64,000 nt of DNA, taken from the NCBI GenBank assembly GCA_944390005.1, contig CALXOJ010000001.1:144363-208362 (forward strand), written 5' to 3'. The translations under genes were made by a program, and so were the position numbers. The stretch comes from an uncultured Spirochaetota bacterium (GTDB lineage: Bacteria > Spirochaetota > Spirochaetia > JAFGXN01). Of the stretch, positions 29,069 through 39,779 are shown in pieces. A model generated the notes under the pieces. The model did not search any database, was not told where the DNA came from, and saw only the letters and a program-made list of their open reading frames with translations. Every line of letters begins with the position of its first letter. The first letter of the stretch is position 1.

Positions 29069-30358
29069 ATGAGAGAAATTAAATGTCCTAAGTGCGGTGA
29101 GGTGTTTCAGGCTGATGAAGCCGGATATGCGGCTATTGTCAAACAGGTCAGAGACGAAGAGTTTTCGAGGGAACTCGCGGCAAAAGAGTCGCAGTTTCAA
29201 TCCGATAAAGAAAGTGCATTGCGTTTGACCCGCCTCGAAACCGAAAACCGTTTTAAGGATGATTTAAACAGAAAAGACGGTGAAATCGAGAAATTGAAAT
29301 CGGAAATTGAAGCCGCGCGATTGGCAGGAAAGGCGACCGTCAGCGAATTGACTGCTGAAAAAGATCGGCGGATCGCCGACTTGCAGGGCAAACTTGATGC
29401 CCTTTCTAAAGACAAAGAGATTGAAATTCACACTCTTCTCAAAGAAAAAGAACGGGAACTTGCAGAAAAAGAGAGTCGTATTCTTTTGCTCAGCGGTGAA
29501 CAAGAGCTTTTTAAAAAAGAGGTTTTACTGAAAGAACAGTCGTTGAAAGAGCAGTACGAAAATGAATTGAAAAACAAAGATGAAGAAATCGAACGGCTGA
29601 AAAACTATAAACTGAAGCAGTCGACAAAAATGGTCGGCGAAAGTTTGGAACACCACTGCGAAACGGAGTTCAATCGCCTCCGTGCAACCGGTTTTCAAAG
29701 CGCATACTTTGAAAAGGATAACGACGCCAAACTCGGCAGCAAAGGCGACTACATTTATCGAGATTACGATCAAAACGGAACAGAGTTTGTATCGATCATG
29801 TTTGAAATGAAAAATGAGGTCGAAACAACAGCGTCGAAAAAGAAAAATACGGACTTTTTAAAGGAATTGGATAAAGACCGCCGCCAAAAAAATTGCGAAT
29901 ACGCCGTTCTTGTTTCCATGCTGGAGCCGGAAAACGAGTTATACAATACGGGAATAGTCGATGTATCGCACTTATTTGAGAAGATGTATGTGATTCGGCC
30001 GCAGTTTTTTATTCCGATGATTACTTTATTGCGCAATGCAGCGCTTCATTCGCTCGAATATCGTAACGAATTGGCTCTTATCAAAGCTCAAAATATCGAT
30101 ATTTCGAATTTTGAAGCGGAAATGAACGACTTTAAGGATAAGTTTTCAAAAAATTTTCGTCTTGCAAGCGAAAAATTCAAAAAAGCCATTGAAGAAATCG
30201 ACAAAACAATCGAACATCTGCGGAAAACAAAAGAGGCGTTGCTGTCATCAGAAAATAATTTGCGGTTGGCAAACAGCAAAGCGGAGGGTTTAACGATTCA
30301 GCGGTTGACGCGAAACAATCCGACCATGCAGGCCAAATTCGATGAGTTAAAAAAGTAA
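29069..30358 (+). CDS. DUF2130-like protein: N-terminal zinc ribbon, long coiled coil, C-terminal globular domain
   Basis: [20 protein letters not shown] start, heptad-rich ~200 aa, conserved C-terminal block ([14 protein letters not shown]...). AAAGGAG ribosome-binding site before the ATG at 29069. Confidence 0.55.
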   Translation: MREIKCPKCGEVFQADEAGYAAIVKQVRDEEFSRELAAKESQFQSDKESALRLTRLETENRFKDDLNRKDGEIEKLKSEIEAARLAGKATVSELTAEKDRRIADLQGKLDALSKDKEIEIHTLLKEKERELAEKESRILLLSGEQELFKKEVLLKEQSLKEQYENELKNKDEEIERLKNYKLKQSTKMVGESLEHHCETEFNRLRATGFQSAYFEKDNDAKLGSKGDYIYRDYDQNGTEFVSIMFEMKNEVETTASKKKNTDFLKELDKDRRQKNCEYAVLVSMLEPENELYNTGIVDVSHLFEKMYVIRPQFFIPMITLLRNAALHSLEYRNELALIKAQNIDISNFEAEMNDFKDKFSKNFRLASEKFKKAIEEIDKTIEHLRKTKEALLSSENNLRLANSKAEGLTIQRLTRNNPTMQAKFDELKK

Positions 30359-30362
30359 GCGC

Positions 30363-30383
30363 AGCGCATTTTCTTTTTGCGCT
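30363..30383. terminator. weak bidirectional hairpin between convergent genes
   Basis: AGCGCA-ttttctttt-TGCGCT; the U-tract lies mostly within the loop. Confidence 0.3.
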
Positions 30384-32507
30384 TTAATTCAAATCGATCC
30401 AACCTGATTGCTCTATCACTTTGTTAATAACGCCGTCGGCGGTTTCAAAAACGAAACGCATCGGTTCCAATGTGCGGATGTGTACCCTGCGGATGTCTTC
30501 ATCCGAAATAACGACATTGACCGTCCCGTTGGAGATTGAATCGATTCGGCAATGGTAACCGCGGACTTCTTTCGGTGATTCAGCATGAATGTAAGCTTTC
30601 CCAAAGAGGAATTCGTACAGCAGCAACGGCGCCTGAAAACGGCATGGTATTGATTTCTCGGAGTTTCCGTTAATAATTTCGCGGCTGCGGTTGATCAGCG
30701 AAGCTGTCGCATTTAGCGCCCGAATTAAATCGGTTTCGCGTCCGAGCGCCTCATATCGGAGCAGGGAAGCTTTTGCGTAAATTGCGGACGGATCAATTAA
30801 AGCTGCGGCATTTTCACCCGGAAGATTAAATGTTGATTGAAAGAAGGGGGAGGAATTTTCGTTTTGTATGTGGCATTCGATTGACCTGAGTAAGTTGCAG
30901 CCGGCTTGAAAAAAATCTCTTCGAACATCATCGTTGGCTGGTAACGTCGAATTTGAAAATTCAAGGAACTGCTCGGCTGTCGGCAATACTTTTTGAGCGG
31001 TCGTTTCGTCATAAATGAAATCTTTTTCTTTCAAATAAATCAAGGCTTTTGAGAGTACGGTTTCACACATTTCGGCTTCGGCGGTATTATTTTCGAGTCG
31101 GTTCTGTTGTGCGGCTGCCATAAAAGAAGAGAGCAGCATAGATGAAGAGGTGATATCTTCTTTGGTTTTCGCGTAGAAGATGTTTCCGCTTGGCAGCTGC
31201 ATTTTCGAAAAATATTCAACAATCAAATTGGCCGATTTTAAATCATCGTTCAATAACGCCAAATTAAGCAGAAAAATTCCCGCGTTCGGAGATGTCATCG
31301 AATCAGGATTAAACCGGTTATCCGATTTCCGAAGAAACAAATTTTTAATCGACTCGTAACGCCATTTTGAAAGCGGTTGATATTCGGTGAAAATTTTCCC
31401 GGCAAGGCAAATTAACAGATCCGCATAACAAATTTGGTCGGCGGATTCGGGAATGGGTGTAGTTGCCGCACGTTCGATTTCTTGTCTGAGAATTTCCCGC
31501 GGTTTTCGAAAGACTGTAAACCCGGCTGTCGTTTTTAACCCTTTTTCATTTTCGACAGTCATCAAATAAACTCCCGGATGATCAGTATCGGTTGATTCAA
31601 AGGAAATAAACGGCAGCGGTTTGGTTTCGTCCGAATTTACTTCGGCAATGTCAGAATTCCGGAAGGATTTCAAGACGGTTTCGTTGCCGTCCGGGTGCGT
31701 TAATGTCAATCGAACAGGCGTCTTTGTGTAAATTCGGCCGGAAATTGTTTCTCCGATAGAATAATAAGTTCGCTGCAAGTCGATAGTCGGAACATCAGAG
31801 ATATTTGAAATAACACTTTTTAAAGAATCGTTTGGCGGAACGGCGGCGATCGAAAATGCCCATTTTAATGTTTGATTGTAATCCGGCTGAATAAAATTTT
31901 CTTTTGAAAGCAAATCGATTTTGATTGTCTGATTCGTCTCGTCGAATTGAAGGTACGAAATGCGCTCAACGGTTTGCGGACAGGCGACGGCGACAGATTT
32001 TCCCTCCGGTGTCGTTAAACATCCCCATAATGTGTTGGACTCTTTTCGCAGAAACGTCGGATAATAAACCTCTTCAGCCGGAATTCCGCGAGAATTTCCT
32101 ATATCAATTCCGAATACAAGAGAAACGTCGTGCGGATCGGATTTTTTATGAGAAATTTTTTTCATCTCTATTTCAATAATAAATGAACGGGAGGCAATAT
32201 TGGGTCTGATAAACAGGGAGTATTTGATTCTGTCTCGGATACGGTAAAATTTATAAGGATTGATTTCTTCGGCCTTGAGATCCAATTTTTCCCCGTCAAT
32301 CCAGACGGAAGGTCCTGAAAGAGCGTCAGAGCGAAAAAAAAGCGGCGGTTGTTCTCTCGAAAGCCAAAGTTTATCGAATCTCGTAAAACGGCTGTCGGGA
32401 TAGTTGTCGCCGTCGGGATAAACGGCCCGGATATAAACCTGAGAATGGGCGGAAAATGTAAAAAGTACCGAAAGAACAAATAACAAAATTCCGTTCTTTT
32501 TTTTCAT
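30384..32507 (-). CDS. secreted 707-aa protein, unknown function (N-terminal beta-rich half, C-terminal helical repeat half)
   Basis: Signal peptide MKKKNGILLFVLSVLFTFSAHSQ. No catalytic motif recognised. Confidence 0.55.
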   Translation of the reverse strand: MKKKNGILLFVLSVLFTFSAHSQVYIRAVYPDGDNYPDSRFTRFDKLWLSREQPPLFFRSDALSGPSVWIDGEKLDLKAEEINPYKFYRIRDRIKYSLFIRPNIASRSFIIEIEMKKISHKKSDPHDVSLVFGIDIGNSRGIPAEEVYYPTFLRKESNTLWGCLTTPEGKSVAVACPQTVERISYLQFDETNQTIKIDLLSKENFIQPDYNQTLKWAFSIAAVPPNDSLKSVISNISDVPTIDLQRTYYSIGETISGRIYTKTPVRLTLTHPDGNETVLKSFRNSDIAEVNSDETKPLPFISFESTDTDHPGVYLMTVENEKGLKTTAGFTVFRKPREILRQEIERAATTPIPESADQICYADLLICLAGKIFTEYQPLSKWRYESIKNLFLRKSDNRFNPDSMTSPNAGIFLLNLALLNDDLKSANLIVEYFSKMQLPSGNIFYAKTKEDITSSSMLLSSFMAAAQQNRLENNTAEAEMCETVLSKALIYLKEKDFIYDETTAQKVLPTAEQFLEFSNSTLPANDDVRRDFFQAGCNLLRSIECHIQNENSSPFFQSTFNLPGENAAALIDPSAIYAKASLLRYEALGRETDLIRALNATASLINRSREIINGNSEKSIPCRFQAPLLLYEFLFGKAYIHAESPKEVRGYHCRIDSISNGTVNVVISDEDIRRVHIRTLEPMRFVFETADGVINKVIEQSGWIDLN

Positions 32508-32510
32508 AAT

Positions 32511-32542
32511 TTATTCTATTTGTTTTTTTTACTATTGTCAAT
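32511..32542 (-). promoter_or_regulatory. sigma70-like promoter abutting the start codon (possible leaderless transcript)
   Basis: Minus strand reads TTGACA-N17-TAGAAT-aaatt-ATG (coordinates approximate). Confidence 0.45.
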
Positions 32543-32547
32543 AAGAA

Positions 32548-33303
32548 TCAGAAATCGACAGAGAGTCCGTCATAGGCCAATTCTGTTCCGTGAGGCAGTT
32601 CGGCATTAACCGCTTCGTGCTCCATATTGTGACAGATGTGGGTGAAATAAATTTTCTCCGCGCCGATTTTTTCGGCAATACTCATTGCCTGCGGCAGTGA
32701 AAGATGGGTCGGGTGAGGGAACCAACGCAGGGCGTTCAGAATCAAAACGCGGCAACCGGCGGCGGCTTTTAAAGTTGCCTCGGGGATGCGGGATGCATCG
32801 GTGATGTAAGCCAAACTGCCGATTCGGTAGCCGAAAATCCGTATCTTTCCGTGATAAACCGGCAGCGGAATGATTTCCCGGCTGCCGACTGAAAAGGGTC
32901 CCCGAACGCGGTGCGGAGTCAGTGAAGGAAAGCCGCCGCCGGCCTGTTTTGGAGGTGAGAATGCATAAGGGAACATCCGCTGCAGCGTTTTTAGTGTTTG
33001 GCGGCTGCCGTAAATCGGAAGCGGTCGGTGTATGGTGAAAATCCGCAGATCGTCAAGACCGAGAATGTGGTCAGCGTGTGCATGGGTGTAAAAGACGGCG
33101 TCGACACGGTCGAGTTTTTCCCGCAAAGCCTGGAATCGAAACTCGGTCGGTGTGTCAATCAGCCACTTCTCTCCGTCGATTTCCAGCAGGGCGCCGCAGC
33201 GGGTACGTTTATTTTTAGGGTTTTCCGAGCGGCACACGGAGCACCGGCATCCAACAACGGGAATTCCATGAGAAGTCCCTGTGCCTAAAAAAGTCAGTCT
33301 CAT
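32548..33303 (-). CDS. MBL-fold metallo-hydrolase
   Basis: YTHAHADH zinc-binding motif, N-terminal CRCSVC cysteine cluster. Confidence 0.8.
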   Translation of the reverse strand: MRLTFLGTGTSHGIPVVGCRCSVCRSENPKNKRTRCGALLEIDGEKWLIDTPTEFRFQALREKLDRVDAVFYTHAHADHILGLDDLRIFTIHRPLPIYGSRQTLKTLQRMFPYAFSPPKQAGGGFPSLTPHRVRGPFSVGSREIIPLPVYHGKIRIFGYRIGSLAYITDASRIPEATLKAAAGCRVLILNALRWFPHPTHLSLPQAMSIAEKIGAEKIYFTHICHNMEHEAVNAELPHGTELAYDGLSVDF

Positions 33304-33995
33304 TTTGCTTGTTCCGCCTCCCTCTGTTTTAAAACCGCTTCGGCAATGAAAAGATCTTCTGGGCGGGTGATTTTAATATTTTGCGAATCACCTTCCGCGA
33401 CGGAGCAGGAGAATCCGGCGTCGAAAAAAAGGGAAGAGTCGTCGGTATACGTTTTTCCTGATTTCTCTGCCAATCGGTGCGCTTCCCTCAGTTTTTCCGT
33501 CGGAAACTTTTGCGGCAGCTGCACGTTGAAAAGCCGGTCGCGGCGCAGAATACGCCCAATTTCGTTTGATTCGTTTTTTTCCAAAACCGTAAACGGAATT
33601 TCGCAGCCGAGTGTCACCGCTTCGGCCGGATGACGGAGTACTGCCGCCACCGTTTCGCGGGTGACCAGCGGCCGAGCCGTTTCGTGGAGCAGCGTTACGG
33701 GGTAGGAACAGAGTGCCAGACCGGCAGCGACCGATTGCCGGCGAGTCTCTCCGCCGGACTGCCACAGAAGCGGCGGAAGTTCGATTTTCAGAGCGGCGAT
33801 GATGTTTTCAATCTCCTTTCGGGTGCCTTCTCTGTAAACAATGACGATCTCTCCGATTTCGGGAAATCCGGATAACGCTTCCAATGAGTATGCAAAAACC
33901 GGTTTTCCGTTTAACTCAAGGAACTGTTTCGGGCAGCTGCCTCCCATGCGGATGCCGCTGCCGCCGCTGAGTAAAACCGCACTGACGGATTTCAT
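33300..33995 (-). CDS. ispD: 2-C-methyl-D-erythritol 4-phosphate cytidylyltransferase
   Basis: AVLLSGGSGIRMG...PKQFLEL signature. Confidence 0.9.
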   Translation of the reverse strand: MKSVSAVLLSGGSGIRMGGSCPKQFLELNGKPVFAYSLEALSGFPEIGEIVIVYREGTRKEIENIIAALKIELPPLLWQSGGETRRQSVAAGLALCSYPVTLLHETARPLVTRETVAAVLRHPAEAVTLGCEIPFTVLEKNESNEIGRILRRDRLFNVQLPQKFPTEKLREAHRLAEKSGKTYTDDSSLFFDAGFSCSVAEGDSQNIKITRPEDLFIAEAVLKQREAEQAK

Positions 33996-36001
33996 GATTC
34001 AATGCTCCGAATTTGAAGGACGTTGGGAATTGCCGCCACTCCTTTTTTGACTTTATACAAATCTTTGGCGCGGTTAAGTTCGATCATAAATTCTCCTTCC
34101 AGAAGATTTTTTTCGTTTTCGTGAAGACTGCCGCGCAGTAAATGACCGGAAAACGGTTTCAGAATGTTTTCGATTTCTGAAAAGAGATTGCTGACCTCTT
34201 TGCTTAAAATCGAAAAGGTGTAAATTTTCCGGGGGGAGGAAATTTCCCATTCAACTTCAATCAGACGGTCTTTGATGTTTTCGATGTGCTGGAGATTTTT
34301 GCAGTCGGTACGGTGAACGATGATGCCGCGGCTGTGTGAAATGTAGCCGATAATCGAATCTCCGGGGGCAGGGCGGCAGCAGGTGGCGGTCTTGATTAAA
34401 AAGTTTTTCTCTTTATTGACCGAAAGCCCCAGCCGCGCTTTATCGAAAAATTCGCGGACAACAGCGCCCGGTTCGGCGGCGGCCGTCTTTTTTCCTTTTT
34501 TTGATTCGCCCGGCAACACAGCGGGCGCTTTTTTCTTCGCAATAATCGACGATTCGATGATGTAATTTTCATCGTTTTTATTGAGCCACTGTCGGATCTT
34601 TGAACGGGCGGTGGAAGTTTTAACGAATTTCAGCCAGTTGATATTCGGTCGGGCGTTCGGCGACGTTTGAATTTCCACCATTTGAGAGTTTTCCAGCGGC
34701 CGGTTAAGGGGCGAGATTTTTCCGTCGACTTTGGCTCCGATACAGTTGTTTCCCAGTTGAGTATGGACACGATAAGCAAAATCAATCGGTGTCGATCCTT
34801 TCGGCAGTTCGAGAATCTGTCCTGCCGGCGTAAAAACATAAATTGTGTCTTTCAGCAAATCCCTCTGAATTTCTTCCAAAAATTCGCGGGAGTTGTACAT
34901 GGAGTTTTGCCACTCTTTCATTTTATTGATGACAGAGAGATTAATGTCGTCTTCGTCATTGAGTTTGATATTCTTTTTGTACGCCCAGTGAGCGGCGATG
35001 CCGTGTTCGGCGCGGTTGTGCATCTCTTCGGTTCGAATCTGAATTTCCAAAATCAATCCGTTGGGCACCATGACCGTTGTATGCAGACTTTGATATTTAT
35101 TTGCTTTCGGCATGGCGATGTAATCTTTGAATTTCCCTTCAATCGGCGTGTAAAGGCTGTGAACGAGCCCCATTAAAATGTAACACTCCTGATTGGTGCG
35201 GCAAATGACGCGGATGCCGAGAATATCGGAAATTTCCTGCAAGCTGATGTGCCGCCGTTTCGTCTTTCGGTAAATCGAATAGATGTGTTTGGTTCGCGCC
35301 GAGGTCGTGACTTTGTAGCCGGCTTTGCGCGCTTCGGACTTGATCTCATCTTGTACGCGGTCGAGAGTTTCGCGGTATTTTTCAACGTCTTCGTGGACAG
35401 TTTGCCTGATGTGGTTGTACGCTTCCGGATTGAGCTCTTTAAACGCCAAATCTTCCAATTCACTCTTCATCCAGGAAATTCCCAGCCGTTCGGCAAGCGG
35501 TGCGTAAATATCCAGACACTCTCTTGCAAACCGTTTGGCTCGTTCCGGCGGTAGAAAATGAACCGTCGAGATGTTGTGGAGTTTATCTGCCAATTTGATG
35601 ATGATGACGCGGATATCCTGCGTCATTGCAATCAGCATTTTGCGGATTGATTCGGCTTCCTGCTCGTTTTTTTTCGATAATTTGACGCCGGAGATTTTTG
35701 TCACGCCGTTGACCAGCCGCGCGGTTTCTTCCCCGAAATCGTTTTGCAGCTCTTCGAGTGTGTAACCGGTATCTTCCACTGTGTCATGAAGCAGGGCTGC
35801 CATTACTGTCATCGCGTCCATCTTCATGTCGATGAGAATTGATGCGACGCTTACGGGGTGAATGATGTACGGTTCGCCGCTGAGCCGCTTCTGATTACCG
35901 TGAAGTTCAATCGCCTTGTTGAGCGCGGCTTGAATTTTTCGTCTGTCTTTTCCTGAGAAGAGGTCAAGTTTAGATTGAAAGGTGGTGATAATGGTTTCCA
36001 T
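33992..36001 (-). CDS. bifunctional (p)ppGpp synthetase/hydrolase (RelA/SpoT family)
   Basis: HD domain (HDTVEDT), synthetase domain, TGS and ACT regions. Start chosen at METIITTF; the track ORF extends 25 codons upstream. Confidence 0.9.
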   Translation of the reverse strand: METIITTFQSKLDLFSGKDRRKIQAALNKAIELHGNQKRLSGEPYIIHPVSVASILIDMKMDAMTVMAALLHDTVEDTGYTLEELQNDFGEETARLVNGVTKISGVKLSKKNEQEAESIRKMLIAMTQDIRVIIIKLADKLHNISTVHFLPPERAKRFARECLDIYAPLAERLGISWMKSELEDLAFKELNPEAYNHIRQTVHEDVEKYRETLDRVQDEIKSEARKAGYKVTTSARTKHIYSIYRKTKRRHISLQEISDILGIRVICRTNQECYILMGLVHSLYTPIEGKFKDYIAMPKANKYQSLHTTVMVPNGLILEIQIRTEEMHNRAEHGIAAHWAYKKNIKLNDEDDINLSVINKMKEWQNSMYNSREFLEEIQRDLLKDTIYVFTPAGQILELPKGSTPIDFAYRVHTQLGNNCIGAKVDGKISPLNRPLENSQMVEIQTSPNARPNINWLKFVKTSTARSKIRQWLNKNDENYIIESSIIAKKKAPAVLPGESKKGKKTAAAEPGAVVREFFDKARLGLSVNKEKNFLIKTATCCRPAPGDSIIGYISHSRGIIVHRTDCKNLQHIENIKDRLIEVEWEISSPRKIYTFSILSKEVSNLFSEIENILKPFSGHLLRGSLHENEKNLLEGEFMIELNRAKDLYKVKKGVAAIPNVLQIRSIES

Positions 36002-36836
36002 AGACGATTCGTTCCCGACCGGCGGCATCCCGTAAAACGCCCGTTTCAGTATAACACAATTCTTCCATTTTGGCACGAATAATTTTCGTTTGATGGGGAG
36101 CCGCTTCCAACAGCAGTCGCCCGCCCGGATTTAGTTTAGCGGGTGCGCTGCTCAGAATGCGGAAGATCAGAGAAAGACCGTCGCCGCCGTCGGTAAGAGC
36201 CGGTTCCGGTTCATATAAATCGGGTTTGAGGTTTTCCATTTCCGTCAAACTGATATACGGCGGATTGGCGGCGATGATGTCGTATTGTCCGGGCAGGTTT
36301 TTCATCAAATCTCGTTTGAAGACAGTGACCTCCAAGCCGAGACGACGGAAATTACGTCTTGCCACTTTTAACGCGGCTGCGCTGATATCCGATGCGCAGA
36401 CCGTCCAACGCGGACGGGCGTTTTTTACTGCGGCGGCGATACAACCGGAACCGGTACAGAGATCGAGCACCCGTAACGGCTTATTCTTGTCACCGCTTTC
36501 AATGACGGCTTCGGCAAGCGTTTCGGTTTCCGATCGCGGAACCAAAACAGCCGGCGTGACATCCAAATCCAAGCCGAAGAAACAACGGCTTTTGGTAATG
36601 TAAGCGACGGGAACGCCGGCAAGACGTCGTCTCAAAAAGCGGTTAAATCTCCGCTTTACGTTTTCCGGAACCTTCTCGTCGGCTGCCAGAAGCAGCTGTG
36701 TCTGATTCAATCCCGATGCATATTCCGTAAGCAGCCGCACGTCCCACTGCGGTGAATCGAAATTTTCAGGAGAACGCGGCGGCGGCGCCTCTTTCAGTCG
36801 GCGAATTGCCTGCGTCTGCAGCTCTTTAAAAGTCAT
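35970..36836 (-). CDS. prmC: release factor glutamine N5-methyltransferase
   Basis: NPPY motif (IIAANPPYI) and SAM-binding LDLCTGSG. Confidence 0.85.
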   Translation of the reverse strand: MTFKELQTQAIRRLKEAPPPRSPENFDSPQWDVRLLTEYASGLNQTQLLLAADEKVPENVKRRFNRFLRRRLAGVPVAYITKSRCFFGLDLDVTPAVLVPRSETETLAEAVIESGDKNKPLRVLDLCTGSGCIAAAVKNARPRWTVCASDISAAALKVARRNFRRLGLEVTVFKRDLMKNLPGQYDIIAANPPYISLTEMENLKPDLYEPEPALTDGGDGLSLIFRILSSAPAKLNPGGRLLLEAAPHQTKIIRAKMEELCYTETGVLRDAAGRERIVYGNHYHHLSI

Positions 36837-37905
36837 CGTTGTCTGTCAACGCATCCTGGTTGGCGTTGATTTTCAACGCTTCGATTAATTCTTCCAGTTT
36901 TCCTTCCATTATTTGGTCGAGTTTATAAAGCGTTAAATTGATTCTGTGATCGGTCAGACGGTTCTGCGGAAAGTTGTATGTGCGAATCCGTTCGGAACGG
37001 TCTCCGCTTCCGACTTGGTGTTTTCGATCGGCGGCGCGTTCGGCTGCTTTTCGGGCTTCTTCCATTTCGTAAAGACGAGAGCGCAGCACCTTTATGGCCT
37101 TTGCTCGGTTCTTAATTTGAGATTTTTCGTCCTGGCAGGTGACCACTAACCCTGTCGGCAAGTGGGTTACGCGAACAGCCGAATCGGTCGTGTTGACGCT
37201 CTGTCCGCCGGGACCGGAAGAGCGGTAAACGTCGATTTTTAAGTCGTTTTCGTTGATTTCAATGTCGGTTTCTTCCGCCTCCGGCAAAACGGCGACGGTA
37301 ACGGCTGAAGTGTGGATGCGTCCGCCCGATTCGGTTGCGGGAATTCGCTGAACACGGTGAACGCCGCTTTCATAACGCAAATCGCCGTAAACTTCCCGCC
37401 CGCTGATATTGAAAATGATTTCTTTAAAACCGCCCAGTTCATTTTCATTGGAGGAGAGCACTTCGATCTTCCATTTTCGGGCATCGGCGTAATACGAGTA
37501 CATTCGGAAGAGATCGGCGGCAAAAAGAGCCGATTCGTCGCCTCCCGTCCCCGCGCGGATTTCCATAATAATATTTTTCAAATCGAGAGGATCCTTAGGA
37601 ATTAGCAGTTTTTTTAACTCCGCTTCCAGAATTTCTCTCTTTTTTTCACATTCTTTTAAATCTTCTTTGGCCAGTTCCCGCATCTCTTCGTCGGAGTCGT
37701 CTGTCATCAGTTCACGGCAGTCGCTGATTTGACGTTCGGTTTCTCTGTATTCGTCAAATTTTTGTTTAATTTCAAACAACGCGGCGTGTTCCGTTGTCAG
37801 TTCGCGGTAACGGCTGCGGTCGGCAATGATCGCAGGATCGGCCAGCAGTGCCTCGATTTTTTCGAAATTTTCGGCAATTTTTTCCAGTTTATCAAACATT
37901 CCCAT
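36826..37905 (-). CDS. prfA: peptide chain release factor 1
   Basis: GGQ motif (SGPGGQSVN) and PxT-region homology. Confidence 0.95.
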   Translation of the reverse strand: MGMFDKLEKIAENFEKIEALLADPAIIADRSRYRELTTEHAALFEIKQKFDEYRETERQISDCRELMTDDSDEEMRELAKEDLKECEKKREILEAELKKLLIPKDPLDLKNIIMEIRAGTGGDESALFAADLFRMYSYYADARKWKIEVLSSNENELGGFKEIIFNISGREVYGDLRYESGVHRVQRIPATESGGRIHTSAVTVAVLPEAEETDIEINENDLKIDVYRSSGPGGQSVNTTDSAVRVTHLPTGLVVTCQDEKSQIKNRAKAIKVLRSRLYEMEEARKAAERAADRKHQVGSGDRSERIRTYNFPQNRLTDHRINLTLYKLDQIMEGKLEELIEALKINANQDALTDNDDF

Positions 37906-37988
37906 GACATTTTATTATACATTTTTTTCAACAAAAAACAAATGTTTTGAACCGCTTTCTTCGTTAAAAACGTATCGAAAATAAAAGT

Positions 37989-38018
37989 TTGACAACGAGT
38001 TCGGCAATCGGTTATAAT
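37989..38018 (+). promoter_or_regulatory. near-consensus sigma70 promoter abutting the sialidase start codon
   Basis: TTGACA (about 37989-94), 18-nt spacer, TATAAT (about 38013-18), then 6 nt to the ATG at 38025. Confidence 0.55.
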
Positions 38019-38024
38019 ATTCGC

Positions 38025-39692
38025 ATGAGAAAGATCAGCCTTGTGAGAAAAGTCGTTCTTATGACGACCCTTTTACCATTATTAATGTGCTCTGCGTCGT
38101 TTATGACGGAATTTGACCTGGTCTATGCCGGTGATACTTCAGGATCGGGATATTTTAGGATCCCTTCATTACTGACGCTGCGCAATTCCGACGGCTCTTT
38201 GACCGATACCGTTATTGCCGTTCAAGATGTTCGTTTTTCCGGTTTTGGGGATTCTCCCGCCAATATTGATTCCGGAATCCGTATCTCACACGATGCCGGA
38301 AGAACCTTTGATGAGCACCGCCTGCTTTCTCCGTATGCTTTCCGTGATGTAGCGGACGGCGAACGGCATAAATCCGATTCGGCTTCTTTCATTGACTGCT
38401 CGCTGTTTCAGAATTACGAAACGGGCCGCCTTTTTGTCACTGTCAACATGTTCCCGTGGGGCGGCGGTATCATGGGAGGAAATGTTGAAGCGGGTACGCC
38501 GTTTGTCGAAAAAGACGGCGAAACAGTCATGCTGTTGACAGCGACTACAGCAGCGGTTGACTTAATTGAAAGCGGAAAAGTTCCGGATTCCGAAAAAATT
38601 TGGAATTCTGCGCCGTCTTTGTCCGACGTCAGACAACTCGGAACATATTACGCGAAAAAAATCTCCGAATACCCTGTTTATCAAACCGACGCTTCGGGAG
38701 CGATTCGGTTCGATGAAAACGGGTACGCTTTGCTGAAGGAACCGTTCAAACGGGAAATTTACGATGAAAACGGCCGTTATACTAAATTCTTTTTAAACGA
38801 ACGGTATGAAGTGTGTTACGACGACGGAACCGACCGAGGAATCATTTTGAAAGTGGAGCAAATCGGCGGTGATGAAACCGTTCCGATGAACGCCGCGTTT
38901 AAATATTCGATTTTTCAAATGTTCCGTACTTCGTACAACTTCTTGATTTACAGCGATGACAAAGGGCAAACGTGGTCGGACCCGATCAATTTGACCGGTA
39001 TGATTCAAAAACCGACGGAAAACGTCACATACCAAATCGCATCGCCGGGAACCGGTCTTTATGTTGACCGCGGTCCTTACAAAGGAAGGGTGATGTTTGC
39101 CTGTTACACGAACGCTTCTCCCGACGGAACGGTGAAGGCGGAAGTGCCGGTTGCGGTTTGGTCGGATGATAACGGAAAGACGTGGACGCGCGGCGAGACG
39201 CTGACTGATTTGGGCGATACCGTCAAGATGTCGGAATCGGTTCTGACGGTGATGCCGGACGGGAACATCCGCATTTTTTCACGAACGGGATCGAGCCGGG
39301 TCGGTACGGCGCTCTCCCTTGACGGCGGAAAGACGTGGCAGACAGCTCAAAAAATCACAAAAATTTACAACTCCGGATCTTCCGGCTGTCAGATCACGGT
39401 ATTCAATTATCCCGATAAAATCGACGGCTGTGATGCGCTGATTTTGGCTTCGCCTCAATCGCTCGTTGCGCGAAGAAATGGAACGGTGTGGGTTGGATTA
39501 ATTCGCGACGATTCAGGAAACGAAATTGACTGGACTCCGACAAAGGTTCACGACGGCGCTTATGCGTACTCTTGCGCAGCTCCCTTGGCCATTTATTCCG
39601 AAAGAGGATTCCCCGCGGTCGGTCTCTATGCTGAATTGGAAGGCAACAGAATGCATTATGGGATTTTATCGTTTGATGATTTGCACCATTAA
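38025..39692 (+). CDS. exo-alpha-sialidase (BNR/Asp-box, GH33-like)
   Basis: FRIP motif (YFRIPSLLTL) plus four Asp-boxes: SHDAGRTF, SDDKGQTW, SDDNGKTW and SLDGGKTW. Signal peptide present. Confidence 0.8.
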   Translation: MRKISLVRKVVLMTTLLPLLMCSASFMTEFDLVYAGDTSGSGYFRIPSLLTLRNSDGSLTDTVIAVQDVRFSGFGDSPANIDSGIRISHDAGRTFDEHRLLSPYAFRDVADGERHKSDSASFIDCSLFQNYETGRLFVTVNMFPWGGGIMGGNVEAGTPFVEKDGETVMLLTATTAAVDLIESGKVPDSEKIWNSAPSLSDVRQLGTYYAKKISEYPVYQTDASGAIRFDENGYALLKEPFKREIYDENGRYTKFFLNERYEVCYDDGTDRGIILKVEQIGGDETVPMNAAFKYSIFQMFRTSYNFLIYSDDKGQTWSDPINLTGMIQKPTENVTYQIASPGTGLYVDRGPYKGRVMFACYTNASPDGTVKAEVPVAVWSDDNGKTWTRGETLTDLGDTVKMSESVLTVMPDGNIRIFSRTGSSRVGTALSLDGGKTWQTAQKITKIYNSGSSGCQITVFNYPDKIDGCDALILASPQSLVARRNGTVWVGLIRDDSGNEIDWTPTKVHDGAYAYSCAAPLAIYSERGFPAVGLYAELEGNRMHYGILSFDDLHH

Positions 39693-39698
39693 TCGGAT

Positions 39699-39730
39699 CG
39701 AGCGCTCCTTTGGGAGCGCTTTTGTCTTTT
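39699..39730 (+). terminator. rho-independent terminator
   Basis: AGCGCTCC-tttg-GGAGCGCT followed by TTTGTCTTTT. Confidence 0.8.
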
Positions 39731-39779
39731 AACGCTTTTTCCGGTTGATTTCTTTCGCAATTCCGGATAAACTGAGCCC

